A stretch of 64,000 nucleotides of DNA, taken from Octopus bimaculoides. Taxonomy: Eukaryota. A program made the translations under genes and the position numbers. The stretch is from assembly GCF_001194135.2 (NCBI RefSeq), contig NC_068985.1:121471551-121535550 (forward strand), written 5' to 3'. Below, in pieces: positions 37,681-51,471 of this stretch. The notes under the pieces were generated by a model, which saw nothing but the letters and a program-made list of their open reading frames with translations, was not told the DNA's origin and searched no databases. Within the stretch, counting starts at the first letter, position 1; every line of letters starts with the position of its first letter.

Positions 37681-38705
37681 TCTATATAAGTATATAAGGT
37701 TCTATAAGTAACAGGTAAACCCCCCTTAAATAACGTCTTACCATCATAAATAATGCATTCATTAGACAATGGATAATACCTGATATACAAAAAAGTAGAA
37801 ATGATCACCGCTGAGATGTCCATTCATAAGAGGTCTATCGGCCCGATCAGGTCCTACCTGGAGCTAAAAAACTACTAAAGAAAAATAGATACGAGGCAAT
37901 GAAGGAGCGTCTATGTGATCAGTTTAATTGCTAGAAATAGCAACCAAATCTCCTGTACATCCTCTCCACCTTAAACCTTAGAAAATGACGTGTCAGGAAA
38001 TGCCGTCTTGGGTTTCTTACGCATAACAGAATAGCGATTATGGGATGATCGCGGACGGAATGCCTTTAATAATAGATCTGATAGAACAAAGTTGGTCTGG
38101 GACCAACCCAAAGTAGCATGGAATGAGTAGGGACAGTACAGGATGGCCACTTTATATATGCATTTGCTGTAGTCGAAGGTTTGTTATATTTCAGAAGATG
38201 GCGGCCAATTTGCCTACTGCACAGGGCAACCAAAAACCCACTCTTTGCCACTGAGCTAACCGTACCATAAGAAATCAAATGGTTTCTTCCGAAGGCTTAA
38301 AATCTCACAATTTATAAGAGAGGGGAGGAGGAATGAGATCACACGATGTTTACAGCTTTCTCAAGAAAGTTGTTATTGTGATTTCCTGGGTCAACTTTGA
38401 TTCAGCAGACGTATAATCAGAGGCGTTCCCGTCGTAATCATTCCAACTTTCTCTTTTTTCCTTTCTATGTTTATTTATTTAGTTTTGCTATATCTGGTTT
38501 TTATTTAAGATAAGGTGGGAGTACTTAGAGGGTCGACTGGAGTTTCTAGCATATCGAGGGACCACATAGAGGTTCCATCGTTGGCTCGCAATATTTTCGT
38601 TAGTTATATAGTCCCAGGTCAAACTTGATCGAGTGGACAGACCTTTGAAAAAAGACGTTCTCGTCGTGTCCATCCCAACTTTATTTTTTCTGTATATCAA
38701 GAAAT

Positions 38706-38795
38706 AGGCAATTATTGAGTTTAGGACATCACTTTCCCTTGACATAAACACTAATTGACGTAACTAAAGTGATGTCCTAATCTCAATAATCGCCT
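38706..38795. repeat. 30-bp inverted repeat with 30-bp spacer (mini-MITE or hairpin)
   Basis: aggcaattattgagtttaggacatcacttt / aaagtgatgtcctaatctcaataatcgcct (28/30 match). Confidence 0.8.
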
Positions 38796-40136
38796 TAACT
38801 ATATTATCCTATGCATGATGAATGGTGGTGATCTGAGGGAGATTTAGCTGCTATTTTTAGTAGGAATGAATTGGGTAAAGCTTAAGTGAAGAGAAATGGA
38901 TTCAAACAAACTTGCTCAATACATTTTTATAGTACAGTACCATAAAACAGTATTGGTAAGAAATTAACTAGTACATTGTTACGAAACTTGGTGGGCAGTG
39001 CTATCTTAAAGCATGGGCACACTGGGCAGTTGCTAGGAGGCCCTTTAGATTTCGGGGGTCTAACACTACGTATAGATTAGTACATTGCTTTGTCCGGGTA
39101 GGAAGCTTTTAATGCAATTTACGACAGCCTTGTTGATGAGGTCGATGAATTGATAGAATCATTAGAGCTTTGGACGTAAATGCTTGCGGTGTTTCGTATT
39201 TAATGATGATTTTATTGAATAACGTGCTGAGGTACAACAATGCTTAGTTATGGCTGTTTATGTAATGAGCTCAAATCGCACCGAGGTCAATTCTGAAATA
39301 AGAAGTCGGTGAAATAAATTTAGTTGTCAAGCACCGAGTCGATTTAATATTTCTAGAAAGGTTTCTTGATGTGAACAGTAAACAATAGAAGATAGGTAAT
39401 GAAAATAAAACAAAACACCGCATGAACAGAAGTAGAGGGTGGATGAGAAAATGGTAACAAGAGAGATAGAGAGGAATTTTGTTTTTTAAAAAATCGATTT
39501 CCTTACATAAGCACAAGACTAGGCTAACATTCAATAATTTGTGGTGGTGGTGGTGGTGGGATTAACTGCTGCTTAAAGTGGTGGACACAAGCATACTTCA
39601 TGCAGTAAGACTAGACATTTTAATTTAATTAAAAAATTACTTAATGATGAGAACAGTCATTAAAGACTGAAGAAAAAATGATACGTAACATTCATGCATT
39701 TCTCATAGGCACGAACAAAACTATATATATAACCAAAGGCGTTCCAGCCGTGTCCATCCCATCATTTTTGTAAGTCACGAACTAACTACATTCTCTAATA
39801 CAGTGTTTCTCCACGGGGAGTCTGTGAGGATTGAAAACAGAATCGACAAATTGTCATATTTAACAAAATTAAGGTAGTTTAAAATTTTTCAACTTGCCCA
39901 ACACCATGGCGAAGAAAGAAGTTATATTGATGTCATTAATAAAGAGGTGGCAGAACCAAAAAGTTCAAGTATTTTTGGAGGGGAAGGATTGGTATTTATC
40001 CGCTCTAATATATTTTTTATTTAAGATAATAGCAGTAATTTGGGGAAATTTGACAGTTATTTCTAGGACAAATAACAAAATAGATTATTATTCTTTAGTT
40101 TGATATCCAGTCATTTAGCTCCAGAACAGCTCTCAT

Positions 40137-40167
<31 letters not shown>

Positions 40168-41244
40168 GAGAGAGAGAGAGGCATTCCAACCGTAACCATT
40201 CCGTCTTTTTGTTGTTTTTAAGTATAAACTGAATCACCACAGTCCAAGATGCCCCCTCTTTCAAGATGACTAGGTGGGTAATAGGAAGTCCAGGCAAGAA
40301 TTTGAAACCTCAAATCTTAGACTACTGACCATAGTTTAAAGAATATCTGGTTGCTATTCTTAGTATGCGAACGACCGATATGGAGGTATAAGTTACACCT
40401 CGCTGGTTCGCAAAGGCAAAATGAAGCTATTCGAAAGTGAAATCTTATCATGGCGGTGGATGGTAGAAGCATTAGGGAGCCGGCGGACAAAATACCTGTC
40501 GTATTTTAACCGTGAATTTTCTCGTCTTTGTTCAAATCCTGCCGCGGTCAACTATGCCTTCCATCCCTTCGGGGGTGGATAAAATAAACTATCAGTGAAT
40601 GGATCTAGTTAATATTCCTTTAATACATTCTAGTTGTGGATTATAATAGAAATAAAAGTAACGTGTTAAGAATTCTAACTTTTTAATTGTTCTGTAAACT
40701 TTTCGGCAAAGAGAAACCTGCATTAAACATTGATTGGAGCGAAAAAAAAATATATATTTCGGTGAGTTCTATCACAGGCACAAATACAAGGTTTTAGTTC
40801 GAAGATGGGAGTCCTGCGGTCTTATGAAGGGCGAAATGCGGCCTTATAAAAGAAGTACAACGTTTGAAAGGAAATCGTTATACTGGAATATATTTTGGCC
40901 GATTCAATTTTATTTAAAGCCTATCTTTTCAACAAATTACGAATTTTTAGAAGACGTGTATATTTCCTTATCACATGTTATTATTTAGATAAGATAATAA
41001 CAATTGGGTTAAAAACAGAAGCCCGACGTTACGACGTGAATGCTTATTCCAAAACTCCGCCCTTTAAACATTTTGTTAGAGATTTTATGAACAACAACAA
41101 CAATAATAGTAATAATAATTATTATTTCAAATGTGACCTTGTCAGATGACAACTATGTGGCCTTCCAACATAAAACGGTTCCCCACCTCTCGTTTATTGA
41201 TTTAATATCAATCTTGGTGTATAACTGGTACTTAAGCGTCTACG

Positions 41245-41465
41245 TAGCTGCTCGATCTGCTTGAAATAGCAGCCCAGTCTCCCTCATATTATCCTACAAT
41301 CTTAAAAAAAATATATAAAAGTAAACATTAGGCAATGTGATCGAAGATGAACTATACTGAAAAAAAAAGAAGAAAAACAAAGAGACGTGATTCTCACAGC
41401 GGAAATCTTTTTAATCATAAATCTGCTCGATCAGGGCTGGGCTGGACTAGTGTTAGCCAACGGCA
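41245..41465 (+). mobile_element. Third short interspersed repeat family (C)
   Basis: ctgcttgaaatagcagcc..ctccctc..cacagcggaaatc..gatcataaatctgctcgatcagggctg. Related copies at ~37330-37445, 37910-38110, 39725-39800(-), 40180-40375(-). Confidence 0.65.
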
Positions 41466-43184
41466 ACTGACAATAAGAAAGCCTCTAACTTAGTACTCTG
41501 CTTGCTAGAAATAGCAGTTGAATTTCTTTCATATCACACGGAATGTATTGTTTGTTTTTATGTATATAATGCATTCATAGAGGAAATAACTTGGATCATA
41601 TAAGCCTTTTCAACCTGAATTCATCACCTGCTGGGAGTTAAACACTAACAGCAACTGGAAATTATTTTCTCGACCCCGAATGGATGAAAGAGGCCAAGTC
41701 AATCACGGCTTGATTTGAACTATCAAGACGTTAGACAATTTTTTGTTTGTTTTTGTTTGAGGTTCTACCGCTTCTGCTGCCATCCGCCACGATTTTATAA
41801 ATAAAAATGATTTGCGGGGAGGAGGAAGATTATAATAGCGATAACTTCTAACTTTGTAATAATAAAAACATGATGGTGACGGTGAAGATACTGGAGATGA
41901 TCATTACTAACTCTCAGATTAAATGGAACCGCCTATCTGTTTTATCTTTGTTTAGTTGTCGTTTTTAGTTTTAGATACTTTATTATTATTGTTATTATTA
42001 TTATTATCATCATTAAACCATAACAAACTACTCACTCAACCATCTTTACACAGCGCACTGATTGATAAAGACATTGCAGCATATAAAAATGCTTTTTACT
42101 TTAAGCTTAGAAATAATATGAAGCTTAAAAATAACAGATATCGTTCGTCATCGTCTTTGTCGTCATTTTCAATAATCATAAATATCGCTGTTTTAAACTT
42201 TAAATGCAGTAAGGAAGAAAGAAGTAGGAGGGGGGATAACAATACATTTCTCCCGTGTCTAAAAGAGTTTTCCAGAAAATTTTTATTCATTTTTTTTAAT
42301 TGCATTTCTGGAGACAAAGCTTAAACAGATGTTTGTAAATAGTAAATGTATAAATAAATATAACTGCAGTGAAGAGGCATCCCACTCGTCACTCATAAGT
42401 TCGAGATACTTTAGAGCATGTCTCCTTTTATAGGAAATACATATAGATCAGACGATTGTAGTGTTTCTTAAGTTCAAATTTTATCCTTTATATACATATC
42501 ACTGTTGAAAACTGACACAAAAATGAATTTTATATTAATCTAAAAAGAAACATATTTGGGGGTTTAAATGTACTACTATATATACTAAATTTCTGCATAT
42601 GTGCGTATAGATACATAGATAGTATAGACATAAATATATACACGTGTGTGTACGTAATGCATAAAAGCATAATTGGTGTATGAATATGCCTATATCTTTA
42701 TTTGCATTATATATAATTGACTATATATGCATTATAAACCGGAGTTTTAGACGGTGAACTCAAGAGGTAATTTTCTTGGGCAAGGCATAAACGACACAAG
42801 CCTCATTTTCCCGGTCTCTAATTTATTAAATATTTATGGGGAGGAGGTGAAAAATATTATTTATACACTACAGGTAAATAAATAAATAAAATAGAGAGCA
42901 GCAACTAAAAAAATAAGATGTTCTGTAATATTACAACTGATATATTGTGTTCAATTTCATAATGCAGACGATAACATTATCTCAAGTAAAATATTATCCA
43001 TCAAATAATAACTAATTAATTTTCATTACAGCAAACTTTATTTTGCGTTTTCTTTCTCAACCGTATATTTAATTTTTATTATTGGCAATAGAAAATAAAT
43101 ATTCTAAGAGTATAGAAATTAATTTTGCTATTGCTTTTCTTTCTACCATCTGTAAGTTGCAAACCTCCTAAGCACTATCAGTAT

Positions 43185-44200
43185 GGCCATAAAATGGAGG
43201 CTTTATTTTCAACATAAAAACAACCGATAATAGACCTCTACTTCGTGTCCAACCGTGAATGTATTCCTACGCCTCAGTCGAGAAAAGAAAATACACGAAA
43301 CAAAAAAATTTAATTCATTTAATTATTGCAAAATACAACTGCTCAATACAAACATAGACGTTGGTAATGCATCTAAGTTATATTTTTGGCAAAAAAATAA
43401 GCTAATTGTAAACTTTCATTGAAATTTTTTTGCCATTCTCAAGGGACTCTGTTTTCATTATATGTTCGTCGGAGCTCCACGACGACAGCCATATTGCAAT
43501 GGAACACTACACAGGTTGCTGTTCTAGCTGAGCTGGAAGAAACTAGGTAAAGATTTTCGAATTTTTCCCTAATTTTCTGTCTCTTTAAACAATTTCCCTC
43601 TCTTCAAATAATCTTCAAGGTTTTTATCTCGTTTCTAAATACAGTTCAATCGAAAAGCTGTTAAATTTTTTTCTTCTATATTTTGTCATTGGAATAATAA
43701 AAAAAAACAAAAAGATGTTCTCTCTTAGTTTTTATTGAGAAATGGGGGAATCGAGATGTCGTATAATTACCATTTAAAAACCTCCTCTTTATACACGAAT
43801 TACACAACGGTAAGACAATTAGGTGTGATTATAAAACTACTATTTAGCTTTTTTTTTCCTTTCTCGTTCGCTTTTTTCCTTCATACATCGAGCTTTTCTA
43901 ATATGTTTCAGTCGGAGCCGTTGTTTGAGAATAATAGTCATTTTAAAGCTAACTAAATAGTATAACTTGTGATCCTTTCATTCTATTTTATTATTATCGA
44001 CATTGACATAGAATTCTAATATTGTTGCCTTGCAGAATGAAAAATTTACTTCGGTTGCGCTACTTCATGCAACTGGCCATAATATGGGGGATTGTTTTTG
44101 GTACTGTTGCACAATCAATAACAGTCCCCTACTTTATGGCCATTATTAAGTTCACATACACCTAAACGGTGCGTTACTTCGGATTTTATTTTCGTCTTTA
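43185..44200 (+). promoter_or_regulatory. Probable Suv4-20 promoter/first-exon region
   Basis: CpG-retaining unique sequence with YY1-like GCCAT/AAAATGG motifs (43185-43200, ~43487-43496, 44075-44090) and a donor AG|GTAAAG at 43547. The TSS cannot be fixed from sequence. Confidence 0.3.
44074..44142 (+). ncRNA. Pre-miRNA-like hairpin candidate
   Basis: ~28-bp stem with 3 mismatches, 3 G-U pairs and a ~11-nt loop. No match to a miRNA I recognise. Confidence 0.3.
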
Positions 44201-45050
44201 GTCTCAATAAATGTTAGATCTATCTCAGAAAAATATATATACGCTCACTAAAAGACAAAAATCTAGATTTGTTTGTTTAAATTCTCTCCTCCATTATCAT
44301 ATGAGCGAATTATATAAACCCGATCACACACACCCACCTATTTCATGCTTGCTTGCCGATGAGATTTGAATTCCCATCCTGAAGGAGGATATTGAAATAT
44401 ATTCGTTACATATAGCTATTTCTAGAACAAAAGTTCAAGTTCCCCAACTTAATGTATTTTAAATCGTTTCTGTTTCCCCTTCAAATCCACTTTTTCATAT
44501 TTAAATGCGAAAAACCGCACTAACTTACATCTGTTTAACCTAGTCGATTTCATATAGTTTAGTCTAGTGAGGGTCTTTTTTTTCTTCTTAAATCATGAAA
44601 TGAAAGTCTCGGCTGTCAAAACTTTTGGGCAAATATACAAATACATACATAACACATTTAGATGTGCTCTCTTTGTAACTGTTATTTTGTCTATCTCACT
44701 CCCTCTCTCTATATGTAGCCATTACTCTATCGTAATCTCCCCCCTTCTCTATATGTAGCTATTACTCTATCTCAATCTCACACACTATATATATATATAG
44801 AGAGAGCTATTACTATGTCTCGCTCCCCTCTCTCTCACCCTATATATATANNNNNNNNNNNNNNNNNNNNNNNNNNNNNNNNNNNNNNNNNNNNNNNNNN
44901 NNNNNNNNNNNNNNNNNNNNNNNNNNNNNNNNATATATATATATATATAATATTAGGGACAAAATCCAAAATTACAGGTAAAACTCAATTAAAAGCAATT
45001 TATAAAAAATTAAAATTAAATTGAGCTTTACAGAGTAAACTATATATAAA

Positions 45051-45276
45051 TATATAGTTTTAGGGAAAAGAACCACGGTTCATGAACTCATCGATGAAAA
45101 TCCACTGTCACATAGAAAAATTAATAATTAATAATTAAAAGCACAATAAATAAGTATAATATAATACAAAGTAAATATCATAAGATTGTGCTTTTAATTA
45201 TTAATTTTTCTATATGTGACTGCATTTTCATCAATGAGTTCATGAACCTTGGTTCTTTTCCCCAAAACTATATATA
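45051..45276. repeat. Long foldback inverted repeat (~92-97 bp arms, ~37-bp spacer)
   Basis: tatatagtttagggaaaagaaccacggttcatgaactcatcgatgaaaat..aaaagcacaat versus its near-perfect reverse complement at 45185-45276. Confidence 0.85.
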
Positions 45277-48200
45277 TATATATTTATTTTTACACATACA
45301 CAACACATATGTGTATATGTAACTTACTATTTTCCTTCCCCCCCTCTCTAATATTCTGTCTCTTTCTCTCTCGGTTGTGGAATTAAAAGAATTAGGCATT
45401 CGATAAAATCAACATGGCCCTCCTGCCTTACTTCACACTACTCGAAACTCTAATTACCTATATAGATACTGATAGAAATAGATAAGATGCATTTTTGCAG
45501 TGTTATCTAGTTTAATGAATATATATATACACATATACACTAAATTTCTCGTATCTCTTTTTCTGTCTATTGACAGACATTCTTCATGGTAGGTTTTCCT
45601 TATCTTTCGCTTTTACAATCCAACCAGGAAACTTTTTTAAAAATTAATACCAGAAAGAAGGTGGTTGTGGAAATCAACATAATTTCTAATTCCATCCGTA
45701 TATCATTTTTGACTAACCTAATTGTCAGGTCTTGTTTCTCTCTTATTGTACTTTGTTGCCACCCGTATTTTTCAGTTGACATTTCGACTTTTTTTACGTC
45801 ATTTATTGCAATATTTTCCCGGATTATCGTCCTTCAAATTTTTCTTATATATATATATATATGTATGCATATATATATATATACATGTATGTAGATAGAT
45901 AGATAGATAGATATTTGGCTTTTTATCCTTGACCATCCCTCCCTCCCTTCACACGAAATAACAAACATTGTTGTCATCATTTCTCATCATCTGGTTCGTT
46001 CAACATGTGTGTTTGTAATGATTTATTTCTGAGAGACGATAAAATCTTTGTGTATCTTGATCTTTGTTCTCTAACGATCGAAGTAATACAAGTGTGTGTA
46101 TGTATATATATAATTCTTTTTAAACGGTAGTTGTCATGGAGAGTCACCGTAGTGTCTTTATAGTTCTTTCGTTATTACTAAAATGGAAAATATTTGTTGG
46201 TAGCTTTTCTCTCGTTAACCGTTTGGTATTTAGATCGTAATACTTCTGTGAAACTTCAATAATATGCAATAGCAATATGACGGCCTCTCCTGAATATATC
46301 TACTGGTTTTCACTATTTTCTAGTAATGTCCCTTACGTCAGCCTGACATTGTCTTGTTATCCTGTTCCTGTTCGATTTAAGCAGAAAACTGGATTATAAT
46401 AAATAATTGGGAATTTCAGGTTAAATAAACTTGGGATTAAAAACGATAATTTTAGACATTAATTATCTCATCTCCTTCATTAGGATTTAATAAACGGTTA
46501 TTACCCTCTACACACTTCTGATATCTAATGATTCACGATATCTTTTTTACACAGTTTTGTGTGTTTAATCTTTAATTACTAAATTAACAAAAAATGTGTA
46601 ATTAATCCTCTGCATTATTAGTTTTCATGCATTTATTATACCACTATCATGAACAAATTGGGTTCGCATGGGAAGTATTTCGATTTTTGTTTTGCTAATT
46701 TGGTTGGAAACACATTCATCATGCCGTATTCTGTTAGTCATTTACTGAGCAAATAGAATGTCTGAGAGGTGATGTCATTAAATGCATTTCCTTTACTAGT
46801 AACAAGCATCTGCAACATCTTAAAATCATCTGATTATTTCTGTAAACGTTATTATACTCTTAGATTAAATCAAGAAAAACATTTGGATTAACGGTTAAGC
46901 TTCAACGACCATTGACTATGGTAGCTTCAGTTCTATATAACAGAAGAATCTAGCAGACAATAAACACATACCCCTCTCTCTCTCTCTCTCTCTCTGCTAT
47001 ATAATTTCGTTAAAGATGTTAGCCGGTCATTACTTTCCCAAATTCTGATTCCCCCACCACACACACACACACGCAGAAAGTTTTACTGTTATGAAGAGAA
47101 TATTTTATCTTAGAGGCTTTCTTTGGCCCGTTGCATGTTATTTTCAAACCAGTGTAACAATAGTGAGTAACTGATTATGGAGTCATGTAGTGTCTCCCTA
47201 TGAAGCTTTGTTTTCTTGTGTTTACTGTCGTTGATTGCTGCAATAGATTTGAATCTATTCAATTAGTTATTGCTAAATCCTTTATTTAACCTATCTGCAG
47301 CACAGAATCTCTAGCTTAAACTGTGGAAGAAATAAAGAATAGGAGGAACACGTTAGCATAGCTGAGTTCCTTACCGTTTCAAATTTTTTATTTCAAGGGA
47401 TTTGTTTTGCTCCTTCAGTTTCAAAAACTAGCTTAAACTGAATCGATTAAATGTGTTCTTTTCTTTTTTTTTTCTCTGTTTTTAACTGTTGTTTATGTAT
47501 CACTGTTCTTCCTTATCGGTGTTACAAAGCTGAATGCTTGTATGCCTTTGTAGGAAAGCACATACAAATGTTTACTGAAAATTAATTTTTAAAAAATAGG
47601 AAGTAGGCCGTTTCCAGCCATTGGCTGAAACAGTTGAAAGACAACAACTACACATTCTGAAAGGTACAAACATATACTTGCTGTTCACTGGTGAGTGGAG
47701 CTTTGCGTTCTGCATCATTGAGAGCAACTGCATCATGTAGTGATGTGTGCATCTTTTAGATTTCATATTGAAAGCATTTCAAGATTTCACATTGAAGTTT
47801 CAAACCAGTTCCTTTTCATCTTTCACCTTTACATTAATTAGGAAGGATTTATATAGTTACTTTTAAAATAATGTTCCTGAGAACCAACTCCTTTTGGGCT
47901 TTCATATGTATTAAACATTAATTTTTTGTGTTTAGAAAATTATTTTAAAAAAATTCCACTATAATAAATATTAGCAATAATAACAAATTTCTATACGCTG
48001 TTTTGATTTTTAATAAGATAAACGGTTTAGCTAATTTTATGAAGATTGCCGTACGTATATAATTACGATCGTTATGATTCATGTGTTAGATCCCCTTTTA
48101 TTCGCCTCCCAGCCTTCTTGTCCGTTAAAGTAATTTGATAGCTGCAGCTTTTCAAATGTGATTGTTATCGGGTTACCCTTCCTTTATCAGTTTCGAGTTT

Positions 48201-49342
48201 TTCTTGTAATTATAATTACAATTATTTCCTTAACGTTTCTGACGAAAATATATGTTTTGAATCATTGATGAAATATTTTATTTGGTGTTTAAGGTTAAAG
48301 TTGAATCCTCTTAATAATTTAACGGTTTTCGCCAAACTGGTAGTTTGTTGGCTGTCTTGAGTGGTGAGAACGACGGCTTACCGGTTGTTGCTATTCTTCA
48401 CTCGCATACTACACATTCAGTTCTTTAACTATTTTTATTTATGTAAAAAAAAAAATTTACTTTTTAAAGAATTTTGTCTCGTCAAGCAAATAGCAGAGTA
48501 GTCCTTTTAGATTTTGTTTTATAACATTTCCTGTTATAAATTTCACTCACACTTGACGTAGACACGGTATGAGCATTTCGTGTTCTTAACGAACACTTTT
48601 TTAATCAAAGACAATGGGGACAAATGTATGTTATATCTTTTCATATTACTTTAAACATATTATTTACAATTTATCACCTGCATACAGTTCTACTTTTGTT
48701 TTATAGATTGTGTTCTAATATATATAAAATGCTTAAAAATACTGTATTTGATGTAGCTAATATTGTTTAAAAATTGGACAATATTTTGCAATTGGAACAC
48801 TCGGCAGAACTTCGCATGCACATGCCTTGGAATAAGAATGTTTACAGATGTAGGGGTCCGTTAATCAAATTTTAACAATTAACTCGTGTTTATATGCAAT
48901 TATAATTTACATTTCACTAAATGTGGTAAATTGTATTTTCTACCTGTGATATGATGTTAGAGTTATTTACGGAACAGTTTTAAATAATGTTTACGTTATC
49001 TCTTTCCTCAGTCTATCAAGGATTTCGTATTTAATGTTTTTGAAACATTTTCTTTTTTCTGTTTAATTTATTGTTTAATAGATCTTGCTTTCTGTCTCAA
49101 TGCTATGAGAGAAAATAAACAAGATTTGTATATTGTAATATTTATTGTCAGCAATGACAGCATAACTCTGCGATACTTTGACTGGCCAATAGCCTCCCTT
49201 ATATTTCAACTCGTTTTAATCTCCAATTTTAGCATTCAGAAAGTATATTTTTCAAATATTCTTGTGATTGAATATTTGTTTTCTACAGCAGTTTTATTTG
49301 TCCTTCTTTATTTGCAAAATAATCTTTTCTTTCTTCCACTAG

Positions 49343-49381
49343 TGATATTTACAATGAATTACCGATGATTGAGTAGCCTTG
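49343..49381 (+). other. Candidate non-coding 5'UTR exon of Suv4-20 (39 nt, two short uORFs)
   Basis: Strong acceptor (tcttttctttcttccactag) and perfect donor (G|GTAAGT), 2.1 kb upstream of coding exon 1. No transcript evidence. Confidence 0.4.
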
Positions 49382-50884
49382 GTAAGTTTTTTTTTTGTTT
49401 CAACTTTGTTATAGTGTTTGTTGGATCTCATGCTTTTGGCTTGATATTCAGCATAAAGTATTCAATCTACAGGCAGTGTCTATATCACATTAGTACTTCC
49501 AATCTGTTGATAGGTTCACTCGCTCATTAGTAAATCTAAGAGATTCTACAAACATTTGGGATTCTCAAAGATATTCATTGAAACCTATTCAATTTTGCAG
49601 TACAAAACCTGCATCAAGATGTAGCATTAAAATTTCTTCACGTATATTATAATATGATATACAATAAATGCTAAATCAAATTAGTTTAAATTTATTCCGA
49701 AATACACGTGCCAGTTAATTTTTGTTGTCTTTTTTTTTTCTCTCCCCATGCTAATTATGTTTCAATCATTGGTATTCAATGGAATGACATTGATCTGTGC
49801 TGTGAATTGGTATTTCCCAGATGTTATTAATTACTTCCACATATTATCAAGATATGTAAAATCAAATTGCATCATATACAAATTTGAAACTCAATCTGCT
49901 TGCTGAGTTAAGGTACTGGACAAATGATAAAGATTTTTCATTCACTCGACCAGAAAACTTGAAGAGTGCTACTTTCAATGTTAAAGACATGAAAATTTGT
50001 ACTATTACGAAAACAGCTAATTTGAAAGGAAAAATAAGTTGTATTTAAAGATTCGTACATAATATATTAGATTGAAAACTGCAACCTATGACTTCCAAGG
50101 CATTTATACATGTCATAAACCATGCCATAAATTTGAATAATTCTGAAAATGTAATTTCCATGTAATCTAATGAGGGGGATACGGTGTTGTGCATCCTGTT
50201 TATGTATAACTAACATATTACAAATTAATTATAAAAGACTGAAAAGTATATTCAACGAAAATAACATTTTATATGCTTAAAAAATGTTGGATGTAAAGAC
50301 AAAATAAGCCAGAAGTTCATATCTACTGCAATTGTTTCATTGTATCTTAGAACAGGACACTTGTGTATCTCAGCCTACCAAGCTGTTGGGAAATGTTCCT
50401 TCAATTAGAAGGGTATCATACGTAAAGGGGATGTCAACATTTGTCTTTTGTATGGGATATGAAAATGTCTTTCTAGATTTTCTATCTACAAACAATTTAA
50501 ATTGTATGTGTGTTTTACATACATTTTTCTATTCTAGATTTTGTTGGTGAGTGTGCAAAAATCAATTACTTGTCAATAGTTATTGTAGTAGGAGCCGGTT
50601 TTGGTTATTATGACAGATCGGGTTCAGAATGGAAATAATCTGTTAACACTTAGGTTGTCTGCAACAAAGAAGGTGAAAACTAAGTTCAAAATTTTCAGTA
50701 ATCATCATCATATATCCATTGTGCATGTTGGCATGGCTTGACAAGAGCTGGCAAGCTAAGGAGCTGCACCAAGTTTCCTTTATCTGTTTTGGTTTCTACA
50801 ACTGGATGCCCTTCCTAACGCCAACCACTTTACAAAATATACTGGGTACTTCTTACATGGCATCACAAAAAAAAAACCCAAATA

Positions 50885-50990
50885 TACAGGGTTTCCCAAA
50901 AGTTGTGCACCATTCTGGTTTTTGTTAAAAATAATTGGTGTATTTTTTTTAAAAAACCAGGATGGTGTGCAACTTCTGGAACATGCTGTA
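50885..50990. mobile_element. Tiny Tc1/mariner-like MITE
   Basis: TA-cagggtttcccaaaagttgtgcaccattctggttttt / aaaaaccaggatggtgtgcaacttctggaacatgctg-TA. Confidence 0.75.
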
Positions 50991-51471
50991 GATATTGGAT
51001 TATTCTAGGGGAAAATTAGCTGAAGTTTCATTGGTAATCTGTCAGCTAGGACAAAGTGCTTAAATAAGGATTATCAGGGTTTTAAAAAACCCCTACTACA
51101 ACAGAAAATTATGAGCAAGTTTTTTCAAGAATAGTGGAATGAAAATATTAGGAATGTAAGCATTAAAAGTTGTGTTGAAGCCAATAGATGGCATAAAATC
51201 TTGACATTCTTAAGCTACTTTATTTTAATTTTTTTTTTAACCTTTTAGTTTTGATAAATAAATTTTCAAAATATCCCTCTATTAGTTTCCTTTTTTATTT
51301 TTGATTTCTAGCAAATTCCTAATTCATATAGATTAATGGTATTAATTCTTGCTGCCTGAATGTTTATAGTTTTAGACATTAGGAATTTGCTTGTATTGAA
51401 TAGTTGTGTATACATACGTTGTTCTACATGATATTTATAGAGATTTTTTTAAATTATAGAACCTCATCAAA

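Noticed and set aside
38195-38205. Perfect YY1-type AAGATGGCGGC, possible start codon
   Set aside because: The ORF closes after 18 codons with no splice donor; a single motif is insufficient evidence.
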